A stretch of 63,517 nucleotides of DNA, the filler included, from Sphacelaria rigidula (lineage: Eukaryota), in assembly GCA_964200075.2 (NCBI GenBank). It is 9 parts of 9 records of this genome, joined end to end, with 100 filler letters (N's around TTAATTAATTAA, not from the genome) between each part and the next. Parts side by side here need not be neighbours in the genome. Positions count along the whole stretch, not along the records: positions 7,070 to 14,038 come from CAXNAA020017149.1; positions 14,139 to 21,107 come from CAXNAA020017150.1; positions 21,208 to 28,176 come from CAXNAA020017151.1; 6 more parts are not named here. One strand, given 5' to 3'. Position 1 is the stretch's first letter, and each line of letters opens with the position of its first letter. The notes below the pieces were generated by a model. That model saw only the letters and a list, made by a program, of their open reading frames with translations, had not been told where the DNA came from and did not search any database. The position numbers and the translations under genes are program-made. Of this stretch, positions 10,145-22,272 are shown piece after piece.

Positions 10145-13100
10145 TCAGCTCTATCGGAAGCTGCTTTTTTGCTAGCTTCGGAACGCTCTTTGTCAGCCGC
10201 AGCCGTTGCTAAGGCGCGGGCTGCAGTAGAAGACAAAAGACGGTCAGGTGTATCCGTATCGGACAAACCTAAAATGCGGGCCGAAACATCAGCCAACTTA
10301 GGAACCACTTGCCTGGGGGTCTCCGAGCCCGAGGCGGGGAGAGCTGCACCGGACCGGTTCCAGGCCGATGCGGATGATCCGGACGAATTACCTCCGTCAT
10401 TCTTGCCTTTCGGCTTGCGAGGCGGGCGGTTTGGTCAAGAACTGCCCGAAGAAGATCCTTCACCGCCATGGCGGCGGCGTGAATTCCCTCCATCGGTATC
10501 ATCGTCGTCGCGCCGGTGATTTTTCTTCTGTCCCCGGCAGTTGGATGTTGCGGGAGTCCACCCATCTTCATTTTCGTCTCCGTTGAGGGTAGCGCCGGGA
10601 CGAGTGTTGTGGCAGCGCGAAGCGTCGCAAAAAGTTCCTCGCCCGCTTCAACGAAAGTGTGGTGGTCCCGGTGATTGCCAACGGTAGTCTGCACAACTTG
10701 TTGGCCCAAGGTGAGCACCGAGACTCCTGCCTTGGGGAGAAAGCCGTTCTGTTCGACATACACGCCAACCGTGTAAAAACTACGTTGGGATATCAAGGCC
10801 CATGCGGTTGGGGAGCAGTGCAGGTGGTTTCGCCGGTCGAAGGGACCGGTATGGGTTGACACAGGACGAGAAAGCCATTCTCGTTCGTGAGACACCAGTC
10901 GCAAGTTTGGCGAAGAATCTGTGTGCGGCACCGAGCTAACTCCGTGACGCGGCGGTGTCGGAGGCGCCGTGGTGGCGGCAGCGGCCGCAGCAGGCGACGT
11001 CCTATTGGACTTGCGAGGGATGACATACGTCGCTCTGTTGGACGCCGGCAGGTGGGGCCTGAGCAAGTTGTCGGTGGAAGGCGGAGCGGCTTGATGATCA
11101 GATAGGCGGGCCGCCGACGAAGCCGCTGCTTGTGCGGTCCGCTGAACATGATCTTCGAGTTGACGAACCCGTCTTTGAGCCGCCGTAGCCGCAGTACGGC
11201 CTTCGTTGAGCGCTCGTTGAGCCGCCGCACTCGTGGATTGAGCAAGGGAGGCCTGTTCCTCCAGGAGGAGGCGGGCAGCGGCGGCGTCAGCGTCGCGCTG
11301 TTTGCCGAGGATATCCTGCGTCAGCGTAGGCTCCTGCGACGCATAGTCAGCTATCAGTTGTTGCTGTTCTGCGCGGGGCCTGTTGGTGAACAGGCGTAAG
11401 AGCAGGCCAGTGGAGCAGTGCTCATCGCCAAGCGGAGGGAGAACCTCCACGGATGGGGGAGGACGCACAGGGGCCGTAGTGGAGCCGCTATCGGCATCCT
11501 TGTCGATAGCAGGCGGAGCGGCGGCGGTTGTATGAGCCGGCGCAGGGGCGGCCGGAGGCGCGGCAGGCGCGGTAGCGGCAGCAGAAGCTGCGGGAGCGCG
11601 AACGGTCTTGCTGGTAGTAGCGGTAGTGCGTTGGGTGTCCATGGTTGCTGTTGCGAGTTGTCGTTCAAGATCTGTCAAACGTTGTTGCAGAGAACGAATA
11701 AGCGCAGCGTCGGAACGGGACGGTGGTTCGTGGTCAGTGCGTTGCCGTCGGTTGTGCGATGAGGTGCGGTCGGATCCTTCAAGTGAGGATTCCAGAGCCG
11801 GTGACATGTCCGAAAATATGTTTTGGATATTGTCAGCATGTACAGTGTTATCATTGCGTACATAACGGTTGTGTGACAAAGGCTGAGCAGTAGAGATGCG
11901 CGAAGGTGCATGATCGAAGTTGTTCAAGCGCGAGTTAACGCGCGAAGAACTTGATCTGGGGCGGAAGGCATCCTCGTGAGTACGGCCATGGTTAGTATTC
12001 ACTGGGCGCTTTGGAGCGCGAGATAAATTGGAACTATGGCGTCAACTACCTTCATATTTGTGTCCATGAACGATATTCTTCGGGCGTGTGAAAACGCGCG
12101 ATGAATTCAAGCTTTGCTGGGAGTGGCCCTTAGAACTGCTAGAACGGGAGACATGGTCATGACCAAGTCTCGGTGTGCGGCGCCGGTCAGAAGCGCGAGG
12201 AAGGCTCTGCTGCGACATTGAGGAAGGGCTAGACTCATGTTCGTTGAATTTATCATGAGTGACGAACGGAGGACGCGATGTCGCCGAACGGGTCGCCAGA
12301 CGTACGGGTTTGAGCGTGGCAGGTGCAGAATCATCATTGAATTGCACATGAGCAGACGCCGATTGATCTTGGAGCGTTGCGTGGCAAACAGCCGTAAATG
12401 CCTCGATGAGAGCTGGCGCTGGCGATGGCGACGACGCCGAGGAGGTGCGATGCAGAGTTTGCGTGGCACCATGCATGGCTGCAACTGCCGGTCCGACATT
12501 GGACTGTGCAGTAGGGCGCATGGGACTATCGAGAGTCGTGCGAAGGGGGTCCGTAGCGGAAGCAGCCCGTGTGACAAAGTCCCTTGCTCCAGAAGCGATG
12601 CGCTTCGTCGGGGCAGAATCGTCTCGAGAGTTGGCAGCTGTCAAGCGACGGGGTGCCACGGTTAAAGCAACCGGAACAGGGCCAGGTTAGACACGTGTGT
12701 CCAGGGGCAACAACTCGACTGAGGGCACAAACCTAACTCCGGATTCCACATTGGGATTCGGGAGAGCAGGGGTCAGCGAGGGGTGTGCGACGGAATCCAC
12801 CCTTATGGGCTCACTGGCATGTTCGTCAGGAAGCAGTGACTCGCCCGGTTGCACTACCATGTTCTCTGAGTCCGGGTCGGAACGTGAGAGAACAGGTCTC
12901 AACGTCAAAGCCTTGTCTTCAAGCCTTGAAGGACGAGCTTCGCTCGAACGTTGGTCTTCAGATCCCGAAGAACGAACAGCGCTCGCCCACGTGCGGCGAT
13001 GTGTTGAAAATGGCGTGCCGCTCATCTTGAAAGATTTCGAACCGCCAGTAGTTTGATTCCGGGTCCGGCGAAGCGGTTGGTTTCCCAATTGAGGGAAAGA

Positions 13101-13223
13101 GCCAGCGTTATTTCTGTGCGACATGATAATCGTACGCAGCTTTGTGCTTAAAAAGAAGATGCAGTATGTCTGATCCGCGGGCTCTAACCAAAGGAGCGTG
13201 ACACCAAGAGATGCTAAGTCCAA
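10114..13223 (-). pseudogene. Long low-complexity N-terminal gag-associated ORF, disrupted
   Basis: ORFs 12687-13223, 12042-12659 and 10269-12002 share one frame and are separated by single stops. Probable frameshifts near 10560 and 10140 lead into 10114-10308 and 8759-10144. The sequence is Ser/Ala/Pro/Arg-rich with coiled-coil-like stretches (LIRSLQQRLTDLERQL). Confidence 0.65.
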
Positions 13224-13424
13224 AAGCCGAAGCTTGCTTGTATCCGGAAATACTGGATAAGGAAGCCTAACAGCGCCGGAGGGGACCGTGGGACCTGATT
13301 TACTTGAGTAATTTATTCAAGTGAATTGCGGTTTGTAACCACTATGTCCGGGGTCTGATTAATACAACTTTATTCAAGTTGTGGCGGTAATAGCTAGCAC
13401 GGGGTTGTGCACAGAACAGACGTA

Positions 13425-13843
13425 TAACAGAGGATTCTATAAAATGAGGCTCATCAATAAAATGACGTTCAAGCCCAAAACAGTACTTTCTCTACACTTT
13501 CAGCGATGGTACCCAATGACTTTTTGGTCGGCCTAGTGCTCCTCGATCGCGTAGATACTTTTTCAGCGCATTTGATCGATTATGTGAGCTTACAGCGCTG
13601 ACCGAAACTGCTGTTTTCCCTGATATCACCTCCCCCCTAAAAAATAAGTAGAAATGGCGGTGTCGGACGGCGCTGTAAGCTCACAGAGTCGATAAAAAGC
13701 CCTGAAGAAGTATCTACGCGATCGAGGAGCATTAGACCAACAAGAAAGTCATTGGGCACCATCGCTAAAAGCGTGGAGAAAGTGCTGTTTTGAGTTCGAA
13801 CCTCATTTCCTTGATGGACCTCATTTTATATAATCGTCTGTTG
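13425..13843. mobile_element. Foldback MITE with about 190-bp inverted arms, flanked by TA (Tc1/mariner-type)
   Basis: The arms pair throughout, e.g. ctcctcgatcgcgtagatact vs agtatctacgcgatcgaggag and gtgagcttacagcgc vs gcgctgtaagctcac. TA lies at 13423-13424 and 13844-13845. Confidence 0.85.
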
Positions 13844-14739
13844 TATGTCGTCGAAGACAAGTGAGGACCCGATTGTCTGTACCAGCGTTGGTACGTGGAA
13901 GAACAACTTACACGTGTTCCGGGTGTAGCGTCACGGGCAGATTATAACTGTATGATCCCAACACAACTTGAGGGACGACTGGCTGTGTGCAAATGACACG
14001 AATTATATATTTATGTATTTTTGAGTCATCCTACGATANNNNNNNNNNNNNNNNNNNNNNNNNNNNNNNNNNNNNNNNNNNNTTAATTAATTAANNNNNN
14101 NNNNNNNNNNNNNNNNNNNNNNNNNNNNNNNNNNNNNNGTATCCAACTACGGTACAGGGTGCGTCAAGAAGTCAACCTGGTGAATAGCAAACCATACAAT
14201 CGATTACCAGTGTGGGATAAAATGGGGATCCTGTTTAGTGGCACCAAGGTAATAACCCTGCTACCAGAATGCTGTAAAAAGGTACCCGGGATTAGCTAAA
14301 CCAAATCCAATTGCAGACACTCCACGCGGGAACATACCGTCATTGGCAAACCGTTCAGTGTGTCCTGCGTGTCCTCCCCAACACAATGACGTTTAGCGCC
14401 GGTTCCTTCGTCGGGATGCGACACACCCAGGACAAGAGTGTAGGTGAAACAAGGGCGGAAGTAATAGAGAGCATGGTTAGTATACGTTGGAAGTCTTGGG
14501 GTACATGAATCGTGAGTCGGCTTTCTACCACGTGACGCAGATCGAAATGTCCTGCGCCGGGCGGTAAATTCGGCGTTTCGGCATTGCGAACCAGATAGAT
14601 GAAACGATTAGAAGCGGAATCCTGCTCAAGCATGAATACAGGCAGCGCAGCAGACAGGACCCTGCGGATAGCCTACACCCGCACGGTCAAAGAAAAACAT
14701 CACGAGCGCCAAACACAATGCAAAATTACCAGAACATGC

Positions 14740-15450
14740 AATGAAAAATAGTGCGGCTCTACAGAGCAAGACGACGGCGGCGCAAGTGATAAGACAATCA
14801 AAATAAAATACGAAATAAATTGGAAGCTTTACGGCATGTGCATTCCACAAATCCCCACGGCCACACAGCAGCAGCAACAACAACAACAAAGGCAGCGGAA
14901 AAGCAGCAACAGTAACGACGACACAGCCGCGCGTAGGAAACACAACGACGGCAGGCAGAAACGGCACACCAGTGCGTCGAGCAGCAGCAGCACCGCAATA
15001 AGGGCAACGCAACACCGGCACGGCTTCAAGAAACAACAGCACAACGGCGGTACGGCAGCGCGAGCAACAGCACGAAACGACAGCACAGCCTTGCGGCGGG
15101 CAGCAGCAACACACAGCAGCGGCGCGGCAGCGACGAGCAACAGCACAGAACAACAACACAGCCGTGTGGCGAAGACACCACAGCAGCGTGGATAGACACC
15201 ACGGCCATGTGTAGCAGCAGCCCCCAGAAGCCCTGGAGAGTAGCCGTCTCCATCATGCAGCCCGAAGTAAAATGACGAGTCCGCTGGGATGAAAAAATGT
15301 AGCACCTCCTGATAATGCTCGTACAGATGCTCGTACATGGTCTCGTACCGACCGTATTTGCCTTTCATTCAATTATATATCGGCTTAGGTCATGGTGCTT
15401 TGAACGTCTGGTTACCTCCGTCATATCGTAGGGCGCGACACTGTTGAGAA
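14740..15450. repeat. CAG/CAA-rich low-complexity repeat with a conserved downstream block
   Basis: Degenerate (CAG/CAA/CAC)n. The block at 15325-15445 resembles the units at 32031-32291. Confidence 0.7.
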
Positions 15451-17404
15451 GCTGGTTCTGATCATCCAATGATCTGTTTGTGCATGAGTACGGTATAATT
15501 ATGCAGCGGGCGGAAAGACGGAGCACATGGCACCCACGGGGCAAAACCAGGGAGGAACAAAGGGTACCACGGGACAAGAACAAACTACATAGCCTATGCT
15601 CAACTTCTCATGTTCAACGTACGTATGGTAAGTAGACGACAGAGCGAAAGAGTGCAAGAGCCGAAGCAGGATACATGGCACAGCGATGTTGCAGTGCAGA
15701 TCAAACCCATGACGCGATAACACCCCCCCCAAAAAAAAACATATTTTGGTTGTCTTTGGTGGGACGTCGCCGGGGGTGACACCATCGGCACGCAAGTAAC
15801 TTACGGGTTGGGCACCATGTCACGAATCACGTGGTTGATGTCTAGAGGTGAAGGGTGCCAGTTCGTGGGCACCCGAGTAGTCATCTCAAAAGACATGTAA
15901 GCATCAGGATCCAACCAAGTTCGAGGATAATTGTGCATGCAAGATGGTTCGAAGTAACTCTCCACCTGCAGCGCATGCTCGAGGCAACACCGGCTGCAGG
16001 CAAGTCAGGCATACTTTAGACGAAGACCAGCGACACCTCTGATATCGCAGTCCATGGATGGCGTAAATGCTTCTTGTATTATCGGCGACAGGCTAGTGGG
16101 TGCTGTACATGCTGGGATCAATCCTAAAAGCTCTGTGAAAGCATGGGTAGAGAATCTGGCACAAGGCGTGACAAGAGTATGACACATGGAGCCTAGTCGA
16201 CTGGAAAATGACCAATAAATCCATGACACATGCTCCGGGTAAATTTTCGACTCACCGTTTTTTTGCGACTCGAGTTTTGCGACTTTTTTCTTGCTAGATT
16301 TCCCAGTCTAAAACCTGTATTGATTTCGGTATATTGGGGGAAACTGCCAAACAGAAACCAAGCGCATCTTGCTCCAAGGGGCGCCTGGACACACAGCAGT
16401 TGCTACTGCCCACCTAGTATCATCCTCCAAATCGAAGTCTTAAGTGAGAGCGCCCAGCGTAAAGCTGCTTGACGTGACCACTGCGTTCTGCCACAGACCC
16501 TTCCCCACGTACCCGACAAGGGGGCAACATCCCCGTACAGACAGTAGCAATGCTAGCAGGTCCTACGTCCTAACAGTCTGGCAGCCGGCAAGGTGGTTAT
16601 GGTAGTGTTCTTCTAGCGGTATCGACTTACAGTGTACTGGAGCAGAGTTTGCAGGTGAATATTTTGGCGATTGCCTCACGTGCAGTTCGCCCAGGTGTTG
16701 CGGATTTTTCACGATCTCACTAAATAACATTACATTTACACGTGGAAATGTACCAGATCCTGCATTATATGTGAAAACGTACCAGACCGTGGGCGAAGAT
16801 TTCAACACTCACAGTGGTGAGGGGTCTAACACTTCATTTTGTGGCATTTTGTGATTTTTTCGTAATTGGCGATTTTCTTGGGTTCTTTTCGCTGGCCACC
16901 GCTTCTCACATTGGAGATCTGAAGATATTCGTATCCGCTCCATAATTCAAGAAAACAAATCATCTGAACTCAATATTGAGTGAACTACGGACTGACCGGT
17001 CATCGGGGGTACTGCCACGTTCCAGCCCAGATTCTTACTCTTCGGCATTTTCGGTCAATCGAGCCTGTTCCGATCACACTTGTGAAGAAATATACAGTTT
17101 TAATTTTTTGAAATTGTACCTATTCATTGCACTAGGGCCAAAAAACTGTGTTTCACGGTCAATAACATCCTCCTGCTAAACGGGGTATTTACTCGTATCG
17201 CCCGATAACGCCAACTAAGACTGACTTGGGCACTGTGTTTCGAGGATGATCCGTTCATTGTACCTAAATCTATCGACGCTAGCAATTTCGAGTTCTATCG
17301 ACGAGTAGTAAGCGAGGAAAACCCCAAATCACCCCTGGATAGTTAGACTGCCGATTACTGCAGTACGAACACGATGTTAGAAGTGTACTTCGCACAGCGT
17401 TTTT

Positions 17405-17607
17405 TGTGTGTTGTCCCATCTATTCAGGACGCCGATCTCCACCTTTCGGTATATGTCGGCGCTCCAGCCGGGGCCACTAAATAGGAAGACCAACACAGGA
17501 GTTTTTTGTTTGTTCAGTTCTCCACCTTCCTGCGGTGCTTGCCTTTATCTTCTATCGCGAGAGGGGTTGAACAGTCCCTTTCCCTCGTCGACCGTTAGGC
17601 CAAATTG
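17405..17607 (-). mobile_element. 5'-truncated copy of the tRNA-derived SINE
   Basis: Reverse complement of the SINE 3' half (gtcccatctattcaggacgcc...ccaccttcctgcggtgcttgcctttat...atcgcgagagggg). Confidence 0.85.
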
Positions 17608-18394
17608 CTTTGAACAGTATAAAATATATTGCCGACTGTATCTTGTGTCATACAGTACTCGTACTTTAACTCGGTAACTGCAACGCCACACGTCGAGACA
17701 ACAGTGTTGAAAATCTCCACGATGTGAAATGTTACAGGCGGCTTTCGCGCCATAGCGGCTGTGTTACCATACAGCTTCGCCCAAGACACAGTCAGCCATG
17801 ACAGCGGTGGAGGCGGCCTTTCATCCCTGCATGCGTCATCTGAGGCGCTGCTGCAACACGGACATCTTTAAAAAATGTGGCGTAGCGATATAGCGCGTAG
17901 CGAGGGGTGATATCCCGCGTACACGTTGGCCGTAGGTACAAGCGGCTGCGTTCTAATGTAGCCAACTGCATAGGGCAGTGCGAAATCAATGCAGGACACG
18001 GACAGGCTAAGGATGTGATGTTCTGCGATGTGCTTTGTCACCTTGTACCCTGCCGCTGTGCAATGAACAGGTAGTATCGCCGAAGGCGTCACGCTGCGGT
18101 TGGTACACAGTGTGAGGACAGCAGCAAGGAGCATATTTAATGTACGGTGCATAGATCTGTGTTCTAAATCCGATGCGCACACACACAGCAACTACTATCG
18201 TCATTATCCATCGATCAGGGAAGTACCCCCCCTCCTTTAACGGGGTACCCGGGGGTCCTCCCCTCTCCCCTCCTACGGACCTAGAATGAGGTTTGGAAGT
18301 TTGGTGACCTGGGGGTGGTGGTGCCGTCATTTCCCGATATGGGGCCCCTCGGCCCGGCGTGCAGCTGCTTGATGCTTGACGCTGTCTCCTGTCT

Positions 18395-18587
18395 GCCCGA
18401 GAAACAGCTGTTTGCAACTTATAGTCTATGGTATACCGGGAAGCAAGCCTTGTACGTGCATTTGAAAACAGGCACGGTGGTTGCTGGGACTAGTGCGGGA
18501 CGACCTAGTGGGAATTTTCCGGGAAACGGCCCGCGTCTCAGCGCCGGCTTGCTGCTGGCCCTTGCGAATGTAGGGCGACGGCGATAA
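18395..18587 (+). CDS. C-terminal exon or fragment of an unknown protein, paralogous to 36322-36594
   Basis: WYTGKQALYVHLKTG..VVAGTSAGRPSGNFPGNGPRLSAGLLLALANVGRRR* aligns with the minus-strand peptide at 36322-36594. The upstream boundary is uncertain. Confidence 0.55.
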
Positions 18588-20902
18588 CACGAACACGATT
18601 TATGCTTCGATACAACTTGACGCTTCCGTGCAACGACACATCACCATACCTCGGGTGCGTGCGGCAGATCTTCATTTTAGAGCCACTTCTAACAAGGGCC
18701 CATCCGAGACCACTCCGATTATTCCGCCGCAATCGAAGAGCGCCCTGGGCACAGGGCAATCTATATATCATGATTCGTGCGACACTGTTACGGTGGATAC
18801 CGACCGTATATGTAGTAGGCGTTTCGAAGTGCACATTGCACGTACAGTAGGTTTTATTCCGTTCGCATATTGGTGTCGTGCTTCAATCAGACGTGCTCAG
18901 TCGGGGCCTGGGCCTACCACAGCTTTCCAGCACCTAGCAACTTCGGCTCTAGCTAACCAGTAGCCCAGCCTAATAACAAAAGCTATCAGCCACACTTGCA
19001 GACATCCCGCTTGCAAGCAAGTCAAGAGCATCTCTCTGCACATGAAAGTGAGTCCCTGTTTGGCCTTATGATGCAGTGCTGGTCGGACTCAAGAGTCTGT
19101 TGGTCCACGAGCTCGAGAGTCACTCCTCTCGACTGCGATCGTCCATTGCGGCCAGCCGCTGGCTTCGTGCCACCCCTGGCCTGGTATGTTCCTTGAGAGT
19201 GATACCAGTATTACCTTGTGACCAGACCACAGCATGGTGCCCAATCGAGAAGATGATCAGTACTGCATAGTCGCATCGCTGTAGGGCTGCACTGTTTCCC
19301 GTTGTGTCTGCATACGGTGTAGCGCGCCAATCGTGCTTTCTGTTTATCTTTGGGTCCTTCAAGCACCGATCACGTGTTTTAGGTGGCAAAACTTTGCATG
19401 CCTGTTGGTTCCTCGAAGTGACCCATCAGCTGGACAGAACGGAGCTGGGACACCTGGCTGTAGCGTATGCTTGCTACCTCCCGTGTCAACACGACAGCAT
19501 AGGTACGTCCTGTGATTTATCCTTTCACGTGCACCTGCGCGTTCGCCCGCGCATGGTTAAGTACCCCACGCACCCCCATAATCACATAGATAGTGTGCTG
19601 TAGGGCGCCTATTTCCGTGTATGATAACTGTTTTTGTTTTTAATTGAAAATCCTCGTTCGGGATCCTACAGTGCAGCACACAATCTCCCATAGCAGGTCC
19701 GGATGTTACAACGTGCACTTGTGTACAAAGTGCTTCGTAGGCAGGAGGTAAATGCTGTTGATCAACTTCTAGAGAGTGAAGTATCCCAAGACGGAAACCG
19801 GCGAACATGCGTGCGCAGAGCACACATAGCCAGCACTGGGAGTTGAAGTCCACCTGGAGGTGGGTATACAGAGGCTGTTGACTGCTTGTGAAAGTCAAAT
19901 ATTGTGAGACCGTACTCCGCGTGCAGCGCTCAGGGTTCAGATGTGTTTTTTATGTCGAACTCCTGTTAGCTCTGGTGTCCCTGCCTACCCATGTCGGTCA
20001 GGTAAGTCATCGCACGGCGTTTGCATGGCACTGTTTGCGGTGGCAGCGTGCTTGCGCTTTCTACAACTTTGTACCATTGAACTCTCAGCGCACGCACAGG
20101 ACTGCTCGAGCATTTGTTCGGATTTGTCTGAGTCCGTATTAATCATTGACTATGCTGGAGTCACCCTGGGGGCGAAATATGATCTACACCCAGCAATGAC
20201 GAGTAGCCCCTAGTATGATTTGATTGATATGGGGCATTGTGAAAAGTCATTTGCTTGAGTCAAATCGTTTTGGATTCGCCTCCGCTACTCGTCACAACAT
20301 GTCGCGCAGTGATGCTCTGAACTTTTCCCCCCTAGGTTTCGCATTCTGAGAGGGTTTTGACGGAGCTGAGCAAAAAGGACAAATGTTCGACGACGGCAAA
20401 CGCTTTGGGAGAGTGCTGAGACGACGACGACTGCGTGGAGTCTTTGAGTAAAGAGCTCCAGCAAATGGCCCAGACGAGCGAGCCTATGGCACTGACCGAA
20501 CGAAGCAGAGAAGAGCATTAATATTGTACGAAGGAGAGAGTAGGAGACCGTTTTGTCCTGCATTATAGGAACGAGAAGCGGTTTCTATTTTGTTTTTTGG
20601 TAATGAGCAGTAGTTCAGTGCTGTTTCTTTCTTTTCATTGGAACAGCTCTTAAGTTTTTCTTCTCTTCCCCTCGTCGGGTCTGTTGCACTCGTGTTTTCC
20701 TGCTGATCATGAGCTGGGTTATCATCTGATCATCGTTTCCGGCTTAATTGCCTCACTTTATAACGATTAACAGTCGATTTTAAACTCTGGGGTTCAGCAC
20801 TAAAATGGGACTGAAGTCGCATTCCTATCTTGCAGGGAAGATACGAAAGAGTAACACAGAGCGAAAGTATCTTCCCCCCCCAAACTCCGCAGGAGGACTT
20901 GA

Positions 20903-21006
20903 CCGTCAGACCGCGAGAGTAGGTCACCTGCTGAATCGGCATCAGTATTCACTTGGAAAAAGTACACGCGTGGCCCAGATGGACTACGGGCACCGCGGTC
21001 CAAGGG
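20903..21006. mobile_element. Diverged copy of the 99-bp TTAA-specific MITE
   Basis: Matches the reverse complement of 61515-61613. Its flanks are TTGA and TTTA (decayed TTAA). Confidence 0.75.
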
Positions 21007-21411
21007 TTTAGCAACTCTGGCTAGGTGCACCCAACGAAATGCGGTGTACACGCGTGTCGATGACGATATCACCAGAGAGAGAAGCAACGACAGAGAGGAA
21101 GCTCCTCNNNNNNNNNNNNNNNNNNNNNNNNNNNNNNNNNNNNNNNNNNNNTTAATTAATTAANNNNNNNNNNNNNNNNNNNNNNNNNNNNNNNNNNNNN
21201 NNNNNNNGGCTTTGTAGGGATGCGAGGTCAATGGTCTGATGACTATGGCAAGCATGATCATGAGTACACCCCCCCCCGGCAATCGCCTACACAAGCTCGC
21301 AGGACCGTCAGCGGGGAAAAATCGGAACAATGAACATACGAAGAACACGGTTAAAGAGCTAGCACCTGAGCAACATGTGAAACGTGATACTGGTTGTCGG
21401 GTATGTTTCAC

Positions 21412-21633
21412 CTGAGTGTCCGACTTGACGGGTGAGTTGGTGAGCAAGATAACCTCTGTCGGGTCCACCAGATCCACCATTTTCACGACGTACTCGCCCG
21501 AAGTGCCGTCGTAACGGTTCCACCCCAACGGCTTTGCCAACCTGTATCCCTTTTGTGTGTCAGCAAACGGTTCGAGCTGCCCTCCTAGCTTGGTTGTTGT
21601 CAAGGCCACTTTCTCCACTTCTCCTGAAGAGAC
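21412..21633 (-). CDS. PsbP-domain thylakoid lumen protein, exon 3 (gene continues off contig)
   Basis: AG/GT-bounded, 222 bp, phase 0. VSSGEVEKVALTTTKLGGQLEPFADTQKGYRLAKPLGWNRYDGTSGEYVVKMVDLVDPTEVILLTNSPVKSDTQ fits the PsbP/PPD N-terminal pattern F.D...GY....P.GW. Confidence 0.8.
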
Positions 21634-22134
21634 CTGGATCACCCCATATCATCACGAAATCGCGGTAACACATGAGGGCGTGTTTCCGACTGGGAGATAG
21701 GATAGGAAAGCGATACAAACTCAAGACAATCACTCTCCGAGACACAAGGTGAGGGCAGCACTGGGGAGGAGGGTGACGGTGACTCGTCATATTCATATTG
21801 GTAAGACCATAGTCAGTAGCAGCGCTAACGAACCGTGTAGACATTTCCTCCAGGCACGATCGACGATACAGTACGGCACAGCACCAGAATGTATCGTCCT
21901 CCTATGATGGAGAATCAGATCATCACATGCGACAGACTCAGAGCTGGGAGACATGAGGCACTGACGAGTCTGCGTGGTTCACCCTATACAGTACCAACTT
22001 TTCACGGTCTTGTTCTTTCTTGCAGGAGTCGGAAACAACAACGCCAGGATGATGATTCGTCTTCAGTTCCGACTAGACCATCCACACGGTGCCGCTAAGT
22101 GCGTCGCATGGTAAGCTGTTGCGGGTATCCTCAC

Positions 22135-22272
22135 CTGTCCCTCTTCCTCATCTGCAGACGCCAGAGTTGGCAGCATCACAGCTGACGTGGCCATGGCAGC
22201 GGCGGCTCCGGCAGAGCTCAGAAACTGCGCCCTGTTCGACGGTCCTTCGGCGGCCATCCGCATGCCTCGCCC
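22135..22272 (-). CDS. PsbP-domain protein, exon 2 (lumen-targeting peptide)
   Basis: AG/GT-bounded, 138 bp, phase 0. GRGMRMAAEGPSNRAQFLSSAGAAAAMATSAVMLPTLASADEEEGQ has a Tat-like R.xFL, an Ala-rich h-region and an ASA cleavage site. Confidence 0.8.

Larger units (their letters stand above)
7070..13223 (-). mobile_element. Ty3/gypsy-like LTR retrotransposon, gag-protease part (truncated by contig end)
   Basis: About 6 kb of nearly continuous minus-strand coding sequence with a CCHC knuckle followed by a retropepsin motif. RT and integrase would lie beyond the contig end. Confidence 0.8.

Noticed and set aside
14626-15368. Cys-rich / poly-Gln ORFs
   Set aside because: They are translations of CAG/CAA low-complexity sequence that is open on both strands.
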